64,000 nt of DNA from Dehalococcoidia bacterium (GTDB lineage: Bacteria > Chloroflexota > Dehalococcoidia > Plut-88900). Below are positions 1 through 9,888 of this stretch, in pieces. The notes under the pieces are model-generated. The model worked only from the letters and a program-made list of their open reading frames with translations. It had not been told where the DNA came from and did no database searches. Position numbers and translations under genes: made by a program. Numbering within the stretch: position 1 is the stretch's first letter; each line of letters begins with the position of its first letter. Where the stretch lies: positions 2,592,001 to 2,656,000 of the forward strand of contig OZ240215.1 in NCBI GenBank assembly GCA_965197585.1, given 5' to 3'.

Positions 1-586
1 AAGTGTAAACGTCATACCCTGTGTATTCGAGGGCCTCTACGATCTTGCGAAAGACAATTGAGTTATCCCCTGAAACCAGGTCCGGGACGTTTTCCATCAA
101 CACAGCCGCAGGCCGGAGCCCTTCTACTATTCTCAGGAATCCTTTCCAGAGGTCTCGTCTGTCGTCTTCTTCTGATCGCACTCCCCTCTGGACCAAGGAA
201 CGGATCTTGCTACTGCCAGCCCTTGAGAAGGGTTGGCAAGGCGGCGAACCCGCAACCAGCGACACTTCTACTCCCTCAAATGCGTCCAGAATGCTGGAAA
301 TCTCATCACAGTCCGACAGATCGGCTCGTAGAGACACTCCACCGAAATGCGCCCGGTGCGTTTCGACTGCGTACTCATCTATATCCACTCCCAGGATTAC
401 TCCAAAGCCTGATTCCTCAAGTCCCAGGCTCAGACCACCTCCACAGCAGAAGAGATCGACCGCGAGTGGCCGGTCACTCTTTTTCGCGTACGCGCGGATG
501 TCGTTGAGGTCGCAGGACTCCTGATGGGGATAAAGCTTCAGCCTTGGCCCCCTTGAGGCTTTGAGTCTGTACTGATCGGTAGTCAT
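1..586 (-). CDS. DNA (cytosine-5) methyltransferase, 5' part (runs off the window edge)
   Basis: Manual minus-strand translation from ATG at 586 gives AVDLFCCGGG (motif I), AGSPPCQPFS (motif IV) and LMENV (motif VI). The ATG overlaps the stop of the upstream glycosylase (ATGA). Not in the ORF track. Confidence 0.92.
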   Translation of the reverse strand, partial: MTTDQYRLKASRGPRLKLYPHQESCDLNDIRAYAKKSDRPLAVDLFCCGGGLSLGLEESGFGVILGVDIDEYAVETHRAHFGGVSLRADLSDCDEISSILDAFEGVEVSLVAGSPPCQPFSRAGSSKIRSLVQRGVRSEEDDRRDLWKGFLRIVEGLRPAAVLMENVPDLVSGDNSIVFRKIVEALEYTGYDVYT

Positions 587-1302
587 CGGTATTCTCCGGT
601 ACGCGCGGAATCCGATAGCAACCGGCGTCCTGTAATGCATCCGGATAGCAGGGGGCACCGCCCGCATTCGGGTTTCTTCGCGTGGCACACCAACGCTGCC
701 AGGTCAAGGAGGGCGTAGTTGTCCTCCGCACACGGATCTGTCCCGCTTGTCGAAAGTCTGGCTACTACTTGTCTTACCCTGCGACTGCGGTGGTGGGTTT
801 GGTTCAGTGGTTCGCCCGTGATCCGACAGGCGAGACGGATTGTGTTGGTATCGACCACTACCTGCCGGCAACCGAAACCGAAGCATTTAACGCTACTCGC
901 AATGTAATGTCCGATACCGGGCAGGGATGTAAGGGCAGTCCACCCTGCTGGCACTTCGCTGTTGTGTAGAGCGACAAGCTGCTCGCATGTAGAGATGAAG
1001 AACTTCGCTCTCCAGGCTAATCCCGCGGAGCGCGTTGCCTTGAGCCATTCAGCCGGCTGTCGAACAACCGACTCTGGTGACGGGAACTGTTTTGAGACAT
1101 CGTTGTACAGCCTCTCCACTGTGGAGGCCTTGGTACGGTGAAGGAGAATCTCCGCCAACAGGATATTCCATGGAGTCGCCCCCGCACGCCACGGCAGTTG
1201 ATGTCGCCCATGTTCGTGATGCCACGATCGGAGGCTAGCCCAGTCTTGTGGCGACAGTGCTAAACCTGATTCAACCATAGCGGTCAATCCATTTTCGAGC
1301 AA
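583..1302 (-). CDS. HhH-GPD DNA glycosylase with [4Fe-4S] loop, MIG (T:G mismatch)/MutY-like
   Basis: RQLPWR, EILLHRT, HhH motif LPGIGHYIA, VVDTN and C-X6-C-X2-C-X5-C; no MutY C-terminal domain. Confidence 0.85.
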   Translation of the reverse strand: MLENGLTAMVESGLALSPQDWASLRSWHHEHGRHQLPWRAGATPWNILLAEILLHRTKASTVERLYNDVSKQFPSPESVVRQPAEWLKATRSAGLAWRAKFFISTCEQLVALHNSEVPAGWTALTSLPGIGHYIASSVKCFGFGCRQVVVDTNTIRLACRITGEPLNQTHHRSRRVRQVVARLSTSGTDPCAEDNYALLDLAALVCHAKKPECGRCPLLSGCITGRRLLSDSARTGEYR

Positions 1303-2008
1303 CTACCCATCCTATTGGCCAAGCATTCTCAAAAGGAGCTAGGAATCAGCGGTTTCTCAATCGCCGATGAGTACCTGAATACGTCGCGTTGCCCAAGGCG
1401 AAGGACCTGTCCGTCCACTAACCAGCCTCTGTGCCGTGACCCATAAAACACCTATTCCACATGGGAGCGCCTCGGACTCCCATACAGTTTTGCGAGGCGG
1501 TTGATTGTCACCCTAACTTCTCAAACATGCGATACACTCCCAACATACAACGAGCAGATGTTATAACTTTCGGCCGATCAACTCAATAAGTGCTACTTGA
1601 GCGTTGCGTAGCGGCTAGAGTAATTTACAGCAATCGGAGAGGGTATGTCGTGGATAACTGAAGGGGGACAGCTAAGCCAACCAGTGTAACCACTTCGTCG
1701 CGTGGTACCACTTATTTGGTAGGTCTTCGCTGCCTGCCTCTCCTGAATGTGTGATCGCCTACCTCGAAGGCAGATCCGAAACGAGTGCGAACTCCTCGAC
1801 TCTGAGGGTGGCTGCCGTCGCGATATCCCGCAAAAGTAAGGACTTGGGTTTCGACTTACCTCTCCATCACGGCATCGCCCAAGCCGTGATGGACGAGCTG
1901 ACATGAAATTACGCCTCCGGTCCGACCTAGACGCTCCCACTGGACCTAGACTGCTATCTCGCCAACAGAAAGGCGGCACACCGGCCACTCAGGGGACGAG
2001 GTGGTCGG

Positions 2009-2400
2009 ATGGAACGAATTGGGAGAGCCTGCAGGCGGGGAGCTGTAGACATAGCCATGATCGGTCTTATGCAGGACGCAAGCCTGAGAGTGAGCGAGGA
2101 TGCGGCGTTGGTCTGGGCTGTCGTCGAGCATGTGCGGGGCGGGTTAGGCTGTGTGTGTTGGGAGCGCTGGCGAGGACAACTACCGCGTGTTGAGTGCCGA
2201 CACAATGAAACTCCTGCTGCCGGTCCGTCGAGACGCTGGCGGGGTCGAGCACGTACTGGCCATGAGACCGAACCAAAATGCCATGCGGACAGGCGCGGCG
2301 GCGAGACAGGCGGGGTTGGGAGAGGACTACTCAGGGGACAGCCCTCCCTCTGGACTAGTGTCAATCCGCAGTTTCGGGCTTGCCCCGCTCGGTCACTAGT
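2009..2400 (+). pseudogene. Degraded tyrosine recombinase remnant
   Basis: DIAMIGLMQDASLRVSEDAALVW resembles box I (LRxSE); AGLGEDYSGDSP in another frame resembles box II (YSGHS) with the His lost; frameshifted. Confidence 0.6.
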
Positions 2401-2580
2401 ACACCGAGGGAGTGTGTGAGCGGATGGTGCAGCGCTAATAACGATGCGGGCTCAGCTGTGCAATGCCCTATTTGAGCTGCAGGCCCAGCTATTCCTAACC
2501 AAGAGGGCCGGTACGGTGCGACCGCCCCATGGGCATCGTTTCGACTCCCTGATCGTTATACTTTATGTAGGATATATAAG

Positions 2581-2749
2581 GTATCAATAAGGAGAAGGGA
2601 GACTCTCAAATGAGGTCGTTGATCAGCTTGGGGAGGGGCCGATAGCGGGGGACGGATTGCCCTCCCCCGCCACCGTCAGCAGTCTCAGCCGCAAAAGTTA
2701 AAGCGTGTATAAATACAGTTATACACGCTTTTGCTTTCTCCTTTGATAC
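2581..2749. other. Structured non-coding element with nested inverted repeats
   Basis: Ends pair (gtatcaa-ta-aggagaa / ttctcctttgatac); gagact 2599-2604 pairs with agtctc 2681-2686; perfect 13-bp hairpin at 2700-2712/2719-2731. Confidence 0.6.
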
Positions 2750-2974
2750 TGACGGAGGCGGTGGTTAGCCGCTGATTGCACCGGGGACCATCACGGTCCA
2801 CTAACCGATGTCAAACTCTCGCATCAGAAAATTCTTCCTGAAGGGGGACCCTTTATGCAACGCTGCGGTATTAGCCGTGGAACTGCGCCACCGCACCTTT
2901 GCCGGCGGTCTCGTTGCGGGTGTAGTGAGCGGGCATTGCGGCATTGCGCCAGCGCCCGGAGTTTATAAGGCTGG

Positions 2975-3934
2975 TCAGCTCGATTCCCACTCTCGCCAGG
3001 TCCCACGCCATGCCTGCCCTCGGTAGTTCCGCCGCAGCTCCGACACGTATCGTCTCCCGAGGCCGTCCGCGTTCCCTGCCAGCCAGTCGCTCAGCCTCGT
3101 CTTGCCAGTCGGCGGTTCCCCGGATGTAAGCACCCCAGCTATCAGGCCGTCAACCTCGTCATGGGTGAGCGCCATGTCACGCATCAGCAAACCCACCAGC
3201 CCGGTCAGCGCGAGCCCCACGCGCGGAGGCGTGTGTAGGAACCACCTTCGGACACCCATTGAGGAGGCCAGTAGGCGAAGCAGGGCCTCGAAGGAGAACG
3301 TGTCCGGCCCGGCAGCGTCGGCCACGGAGTTCTCGCTCTGAGACCCGGCTTCCACCGCATGAGCCGCGAGGTCTTCGACGTAGACGGGCTGGACCGGATA
3401 GTCACCGCTCCCGTAGACGGGGAAGACGGGAAAGCGCCGCAGCGCCCAAGCCATGTTGTTGAGCAGCAGGTCGCCGACTCCGAAGACCAGCGTAGGTCTG
3501 ATGATGGCATGGGGGACTCCGAGACCTTTCAGCATATCCTCCACCTGTGCCTTGCCTCTGAAGTAGGGCAGCGCGGACCCGGAGGAAGCGTTCGTCACCG
3601 AGAAGTGGACTATCCTGCCGACGCCAGCCCTCTTTGCAGCTTCAAACAGTATCCTGGTATTCTCGACCGCGAGGTCGAAAGTTATCCGGCCATGGGCGTA
3701 CCGCACCCAGTAGGTGTTGTAGAAGACGCCCGCTCCCTGCATCGAGCTGCACAGCCCATCGGGGTCGGAGAAGTCCAAGGGGGCCACCTCCACCCGGCCG
3801 CCGAAAGGGTCCTCCGCATCCGGGCTGCGGGTCAGTGTCCTGACGCGGACGCCCTCGTCAAGTAGACGCCGGGTGACATACCTGCCCGTATAGCTGAAAG
3901 CGCCGGTGACGACGGCGAGGTCGGGGTGCGGCAT
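2975..3934 (-). CDS. NAD(P)-binding epimerase/dehydratase (NDUFA9-like atypical SDR)
   Basis: VVTGAFSYTG Rossmann motif, YFRGK, IIRPTLVFG and QPVYVEDLA. Confidence 0.88.
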   Translation of the reverse strand: MPHPDLAVVTGAFSYTGRYVTRRLLDEGVRVRTLTRSPDAEDPFGGRVEVAPLDFSDPDGLCSSMQGAGVFYNTYWVRYAHGRITFDLAVENTRILFEAAKRAGVGRIVHFSVTNASSGSALPYFRGKAQVEDMLKGLGVPHAIIRPTLVFGVGDLLLNNMAWALRRFPVFPVYGSGDYPVQPVYVEDLAAHAVEAGSQSENSVADAAGPDTFSFEALLRLLASSMGVRRWFLHTPPRVGLALTGLVGLLMRDMALTHDEVDGLIAGVLTSGEPPTGKTRLSDWLAGNADGLGRRYVSELRRNYRGQAWRGTWREWESS

Positions 3935-3963
3935 CCTTCTATCACCGTTCGTGAGTGTGATCG

Positions 3964-4641
3964 TCATTCCTCCAACTGCCCCTCAGTCTCCCCCTTCGCC
4001 ATCCGGTAGCCGACGCGAAGCTCAGTCAGGATGTACTTGGGGTCTTCGGTGTCGGCGTCGAGCCCCCACACCCGGGGCAGCAGCGTCTCGTAGGTCAGAA
4101 GACGCCCGGCGTTGACCGACAGTTCGGCCAGCGTCTCGTACTCCTTGGCGGTCAGCTCGACGGGGCGACCGGTGAGGGTCACCTCGCGCTTGTCGCGGTC
4201 GATAGTCAGATCACCCAACGCAAAGGGCTCCGACGGCTTGGGGACCTCTCGTCGGCGCAGAGCGGCCCTGATCCTGGCCGGCAGCTCCGCCGGTGAGAAG
4301 GGCTTGACCATGTAGTCGGCAGTGCCCATGGCGAAGGCATCTCCTACATTCGGCGGATCGGCTTCTCCGACAGCCCTGAGGTGAAGTAGTAGACCATTGG
4401 CACGTGCTGCTCAGCGCATTGGCCGTAGGGTCCCAATCGGCCGGAAGGCTCGACCGCATCGTCGAGGAGCGTCATCGCTCCGTAGCGGGCCTCGGTCAGG
4501 GAGCGGGCGGAGTCCAGGACCCCCAGGAGCACCGTGTCGAAGTCCAAGCTTTCGTTGATGCGCAGGCTGGCCTTGCTCAGCCTGGACAGCCGGCCTCTGA
4601 GGGCCTGTATCTCTAGGTCTCGCGGCATCGTCTCGGTTCAT
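3964..4641 (-). pseudogene. Internally deleted, frameshifted paralog of the hybrid sensor kinase/response regulator at 10615-13020
   Basis: N-terminus RDLEIQALRGRLSRLSKASLRINESLD and C-terminus ADYMVKPFSP...wHTH both match the intact gene; PAS, kinase and most of REC are missing. Confidence 0.88.
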
Positions 4642-5102
4642 TTCTACGCCTCTGTTGGGCTGTGGAAGGCCCTACTCTCCAACCAATGTGCAGCGGCTGG
4701 ATGGGGATTCCGAATTTGACGCTGCCGGGGCCATTATACCAGTTCGGGCCATAACTTACATCAAGATTATATAAAATAGTCGATATTCTCACGGCAATCT
4801 TACATGCATCCCATAAGATGGAATCACCCATCGAGAGGGAGGCATTCGCTTGGCGCTCGACAGACCAGCCCATGCACTTCACACGGCGGACAGGACAACG
4901 GCCCCTGCCGTCGCTACACCAGTCGCGCTTGGCTCCTCCGAACGCGCCGACCTAGTGCAGATGCCCCCAAGTTGACAGTCCTGAAGCTGTCCTGAAACCA
5001 ACTCCAACAAAACGAGTTCAATCTGCTGCCCAAGCTGGCCATTACTACGGGCAGCCCCAGCGAGACCAGGACCTGGGTTGACCTGGCCCGAAGGACCTGG
5101 TT

Positions 5103-8100
5103 ATGGCACCACTATCCCGCCTTGCTTGCCATCCGAACCTGAGGACTCCCCAATATGGGAGCTCCCGGGCCCTGGCGCTGGTCATGGTGCTCACCGGCCT
5201 GCTTATCGCCACTGTGGTCGCGGGAGGTCCCGCAACCCATCTTGCCCATGCGCAAACGGCCGACTCCTCTATCCAGTACGCTGAGAACGGCACGGCCCCG
5301 GTCGGCACCTTCAATGCCCATGACCAGGACGGCGATGTCATCGAGTGGTCTCTTAGCGGTCCCGACGTCGACCTGTTTTCCATCGACGGCGGCGTGCTGA
5401 GCTTCAGGAGCCCGCCCAACTACGAGGACCCGCAGTCCGCGGCAAGGGGCGGCCTGCGGGCGGAGGGACACGTGTACAGGGTGACCATCGAAGCATCCGG
5501 GGGCGTTCATTATGTGGCCGTGAGGGTCACGGATGTGGACGACGCAGGAACGGTGACCATAGACAGACAACAGCCCCAGGTAGACCGGCCCCTGGGAGCA
5601 AGCCTGTCGGACGAGGACGAGGGTGTGAGGTCCGAGAGATGGCAGTGGGCGAGGTCCCGGAACGGAACGGCTTGGACGGACATACGGGGAGCGACGGCGC
5701 CGAGGCGTCCCCCGGCGCCGGATGACGTGGGCATGTACCTGCGTGCGACGGTCGCCTACTCCGACGGGTTCGGCCCAGGCAAGACCGTCTGGGCGGTCAG
5801 CGCCTACCGGGTGGAGGCCAGGACTCTGTACAACGCCGCTCCCTCCTTTGCCGACCGGCACGAGAATGAAGGCCTTCTCTTCACCCGGTCCGTGGCCGAG
5901 AACACGGCCCCCGGCAAGAACGTGGGCAGGCCTGTATCGGCGACGGACGCCGACGCCGACATCCTGTTCTACGAGCTGCTGAACACCCCCGACCTGGAGG
6001 ATGAACATGGTGACGCCAGGTTCACAATCGACAGCGCCTCCGGTCAGATCCGGGTAGGCAAGCCGCTGGGAGCGGACGCCGAGGAGCCGGAGGACGAGGA
6101 TGCTACCGCTCTCTGGGGCGGCGCTGCACCGCCCGAGGAAGATGCCGGGGACGCCCTCAATGGCGAGTACATCCTGCGCGTGAGGGCAAGTGACCCGTCG
6201 ACCTCCTCCGCCACGGTGAGCGTGATCGTTACGGTCGCCAATGTGAACGAGGCTCCTGCCTTCGATGAGGACGCACCGGCGGCGCTGAGAGTTACGGAGG
6301 TCGCAGTTCCTCCGGTCATCACCGTTGGGGATAGCGGCATCCCGGTTGATGTCGATACCTATGCCGCGACCGACCAGGACGGTGACGACACCACCTTCAC
6401 GTACTCGGTGTCCGGCGCCGACAGCGATGTCCTTGCCTTCGACGACGGTGGCATCCTGAGCTTCAGGGCTGGCCACGAGCCCGACCACGAGGAGCAGAGC
6501 TCCTACTCGATAACAGTCGTGGCCCGCTCCGGCGAGGGCGCCCGCAGGCTAACCACCACAATGGACGTGACCATCGATGTTGTGGACGGGGAAGACGCCG
6601 GAGCGGTGGTCCTATCCCAGAGGCAGCCGCAGGTTGGCATTACCGTACATGCCACGGCCCGCGATCCCGACGGGGGCGTGAGAATCGCCGGGTGGGTGTG
6701 GGAACTGTCAGACTATGTCACCGTGAATGAGAGAGGCACACCGTCGGCCGAGTGCCGGGACGACCCGGGCACACCCGATATCGATGTCGTTGTCGGCTGG
6801 GCCACGATAGGCAGAGCCTCGGCGTCGAACTACACCCCGACGCCGGCTGATGTAGGCAGGTGCCTGAGGGTGACGGTCACCTACACAGACAACATAGGCG
6901 ACGCTCAAGATCAGGTAACGGAGGTTGCGGAAGCTCCTGCCCAGAGAGCCAAAACCGCCAACGCTGCACCGAAGTTCGTTGACCAGGACCTGAACTCCCC
7001 GGGAGACCAGTCGGACAGGACGAGCCGGAAGGTGGCGGAGAACACGAAGGCCGGGCAGAGCGTCGGAACACCGGTCAGCGCCTTTGACGAAGACGGTGAC
7101 CTGCTGATCTACACCATCGGCGACGCCGACGCCAGGTTCTTCGGCATAGTGAGGGACGATGGCCAGCTGAAGGCAAAGGCCCCTCTAAACTTCGAGGCAA
7201 GGAGAAGATACACGGTAGTGGTGACCGCCACCGACCCGTCGGGAGCTGCGGACTCAATACAGGTCACAATCAATGTCACAGATGTGGACGACCCCGTGGA
7301 CATAACCGGAATCAGCTCAGCGAACTACGCTGAGAACGGTACGGGCCCGGTCGCCAGCTTCAGTGCGTTTGACGAGGGTGAACATACTATCGAGTGGTCT
7401 CTGAGCGGTCCCGACAACGACCTCTTCACCATCAGTGGTGGCGTACTGGCCTTCAGGGAACCCCCCAACTACGAAGAGCCGCAGTCTGCGGCGGCAGTCG
7501 GTCAGCGAGCGGAGGAGAGCGTGTACAGAGTGACAGTTGAAGCTGCCGGCGGCACCCACGACGTCACCGTCATAGTCACGGACGTGGACGAGGCGGGAGC
7601 GGCGAGCATAGTCAGGCCGCAGCCCCAGGTCGCCCGGCTGCTTGGGGCCAGTCTGTCGGATGAAGATGGCGGGGTGAAGGCCGAGAGGTGGCGGTGGGCG
7701 AGATCCGGAGATGGCACTAACTGGACGGACATAGAGGGGGCGACGGCGCCGGGGCGGAGGCCGGCGCCGGGTGACGTTGGTATGTACCTGCGTGCGACGG
7801 TCACCTACTCCGACAGGTTCGGACCGAACAAGACCGCCTCGGCGGTGAGCGCCTACCGGGTGGAGGCCACGGCCCTGTTCAATGACGCCCCCTCCTTCGC
7901 CGGCCAGGATGACGAAGAGGCCACCTCCTACATCGACGTCGCCCGGTCCCTCTCCGAGAACACGCCCGCGGGCATGAACATAGGCCAGCCGGTGGCGGCG
8001 ACGGACGCCGACAACGACATACTGTTCTACGAGTTGCTGGACACCCCCGACCTTGAGGATCAAGGTGGCCGCGTCAGGTTCACCATCGACAGCGGCTCCG

Positions 8101-9440
8101 GTCAGTTAAGGGTCGGCAGGGCGCTGGGGGCTGACCCCATGGAGACCGAAGACGAGGACTCTACGGCCCTGGCTGGCGGCCCAGCGCTGCCGTCTGGTGA
8201 AGCTGCCGATGCCGCCGGCGACAACAAGTACGTCCTGCGGGTAAGGGTGAGTGACCCGTCCACCGCCTCGGACACGGTGAACGTGATCGTCACGGTCACA
8301 AAGGTGAACGAGGCCCCTCACTTCATCAAAGAGGACGTACCTACGGTACTGCAAGTTACGGAGAATGCGGACACGGTCATCACGATTGGGGACGGCGACA
8401 CGCCGGTGGATGCCGACACCTACGCCGTGGCGGACCAGGACGGCGACGTTACCGGCCCTGACGGCTATGACGACACCACCTACGCATACTCGGTGTCCGG
8501 CGCCGACAGCGACGTCCTTGCCTTCAACACCGCGGGCATCCTGAGCTTCAAGGCGGGCCATGAGCCCGACTTCGAAGAGCAGAGTTCGTACTCGATAGCC
8601 GTCGTAGCCCGCTCAGGCGATGGCCCCCGAGGGCTGACCGCCACACTGGAGGTGACCGTCAACGTGGTGGATGAAGAAGACGCCGGAGCGGTGTTCATGT
8701 CCCAGAGGCAGCCGCAGGTTGGAATTGTGGTACATGCCACGGCCAGCGACGAAGACGGCGGCGTGACCATCACAAGGTGGGTGTGGGAGCGGTCGGAGGA
8801 GGTCGTCGTAAATGAGAGAGGCGCCCCGTCGGCCGAGTGCCGGGATGAGCAGTCTACGCCCGGAATCGATGTCGTCCGCGACTGGACCCCGATAGCTGGA
8901 GCCACGTCGGCAGTCTACGCCCCGAAGCCGGCCGACGTGGGCAGGTGTCTGCGGGCGACGGCGTTCTACACGGACAACATAGGCGGCGCTGAAGAGCCGG
9001 CAACCGGAGCGTTGGAAGTTCCTGCACGAGGCAGCAATCCCGCCGGCACCGCTCCGACAACGGACAGCGGTTTTGTAAATGCCGCACCCGTGTTCCCCGA
9101 TCAGGACTTCCTCACCGAGGGCGACCAGTCGGACAGGACGAGCCGGGAGGTGGCCGAGAACACGAAGGCCGGGCGGAGCATCGGATCGCCGGTCAGGGCC
9201 GGTGACGATGACGGTGACCTGCTGATCTACACCCTGGGTGGTGTGGATGCCGGGTCCTTCGCCATAACCAGGAACGATGGCCAGCTGAAGACGAAAGCAG
9301 ACCTCAACTACGAAGGCAAGAACAGCTACACGGTGGTGGTGACTGCCACCGACCCGTCGGGCGCCATGGACAGCATGACCGTGACCATCGGCGTCACCGA
9401 TGAGGACGACCCCGCGGTAATAAGGGTTCTATATAGGTGA
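5103..9440 (+). CDS. Large secreted cadherin-repeat surface protein (adhesin-like), 1445 aa
   Basis: Signal peptide ending AHA-Q; repeated cadherin motifs (VAENT, ATDAD, LNYE, VTDVDD); two tandem units of about 2 kb. Confidence 0.9.
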   Translation: MAPLSRLACHPNLRTPQYGSSRALALVMVLTGLLIATVVAGGPATHLAHAQTADSSIQYAENGTAPVGTFNAHDQDGDVIEWSLSGPDVDLFSIDGGVLSFRSPPNYEDPQSAARGGLRAEGHVYRVTIEASGGVHYVAVRVTDVDDAGTVTIDRQQPQVDRPLGASLSDEDEGVRSERWQWARSRNGTAWTDIRGATAPRRPPAPDDVGMYLRATVAYSDGFGPGKTVWAVSAYRVEARTLYNAAPSFADRHENEGLLFTRSVAENTAPGKNVGRPVSATDADADILFYELLNTPDLEDEHGDARFTIDSASGQIRVGKPLGADAEEPEDEDATALWGGAAPPEEDAGDALNGEYILRVRASDPSTSSATVSVIVTVANVNEAPAFDEDAPAALRVTEVAVPPVITVGDSGIPVDVDTYAATDQDGDDTTFTYSVSGADSDVLAFDDGGILSFRAGHEPDHEEQSSYSITVVARSGEGARRLTTTMDVTIDVVDGEDAGAVVLSQRQPQVGITVHATARDPDGGVRIAGWVWELSDYVTVNERGTPSAECRDDPGTPDIDVVVGWATIGRASASNYTPTPADVGRCLRVTVTYTDNIGDAQDQVTEVAEAPAQRAKTANAAPKFVDQDLNSPGDQSDRTSRKVAENTKAGQSVGTPVSAFDEDGDLLIYTIGDADARFFGIVRDDGQLKAKAPLNFEARRRYTVVVTATDPSGAADSIQVTINVTDVDDPVDITGISSANYAENGTGPVASFSAFDEGEHTIEWSLSGPDNDLFTISGGVLAFREPPNYEEPQSAAAVGQRAEESVYRVTVEAAGGTHDVTVIVTDVDEAGAASIVRPQPQVARLLGASLSDEDGGVKAERWRWARSGDGTNWTDIEGATAPGRRPAPGDVGMYLRATVTYSDRFGPNKTASAVSAYRVEATALFNDAPSFAGQDDEEATSYIDVARSLSENTPAGMNIGQPVAATDADNDILFYELLDTPDLEDQGGRVRFTIDSGSGQLRVGRALGADPMETEDEDSTALAGGPALPSGEAADAAGDNKYVLRVRVSDPSTASDTVNVIVTVTKVNEAPHFIKEDVPTVLQVTENADTVITIGDGDTPVDADTYAVADQDGDVTGPDGYDDTTYAYSVSGADSDVLAFNTAGILSFKAGHEPDFEEQSSYSIAVVARSGDGPRGLTATLEVTVNVVDEEDAGAVFMSQRQPQVGIVVHATASDEDGGVTITRWVWERSEEVVVNERGAPSAECRDEQSTPGIDVVRDWTPIAGATSAVYAPKPADVGRCLRATAFYTDNIGGAEEPATGALEVPARGSNPAGTAPTTDSGFVNAAPVFPDQDFLTEGDQSDRTSREVAENTKAGRSIGSPVRAGDDDGDLLIYTLGGVDAGSFAITRNDGQLKTKADLNYEGKNSYTVVVTATDPSGAMDSMTVTIGVTDEDDPAVIRVLYR

Positions 9441-9519
9441 GATCAGCGATAGGCCCTGCAAGGATGGGTCCTGTGGATGGGAGCAAGTGCCGAGCCGGGG
9501 CGCTTGGAAACCGGACCCT

Positions 9520-9770
9520 CCGATGCCTTCGAAGCGCAGATCCTTCTGACAGGAGGCGAGTCCCAGTCAGAGGGCCACATGGGTCCTGCGGGCACCGCTG
9601 TTGCCGAAGGTGACAACGTTCTCACGCCTGTCCACGTACTCGCAGCCTTCAAACCGCATGAGTGGGCGCCTGTTCACCGACGGCATGGCCGGCAAGTCAG
9701 AGGCGTCCAGGCTCCTGGAGGCAGGGAAGCGTGCAGCTTCATTCCAGCGCTCCACCGGCAATCCGGGTTG
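9520..9770 (-). pseudogene. istB: IS21-family IstB ATPase remnant
   Basis: ARFPASRSLDASDLPAMPSVN...CEYVDRRENVVTFGNSGARRTHVAL*LGLASCQK matches IstB with a decayed Walker A and an in-frame stop; boundaries approximate. Confidence 0.75.
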
Positions 9771-9888
9771 ACCCTATAGACTCCATCGAACTTCACGATG
9801 GACAGAACCATCTCAGCGATGTGGCTCGTCCCAGCAGGAAGCTCGGCGAAAGTGCAAGTGGAGCTGTGTCTCGCCGCCGTCCCCCACT

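Noticed and set aside
21-524. Plus-strand ORFs of 167 aa and 149 aa
   Set aside because: Antisense shadows of the methyltransferase.
1551-1564. LexA-like box cgagcagatgttat upstream of the glycosylase
   Set aside because: Too many mismatches to the consensus.
2655-2675. tRNA gene
   Set aside because: Only a 3'-end-like stretch; no TTCRA T-loop or cloverleaf.
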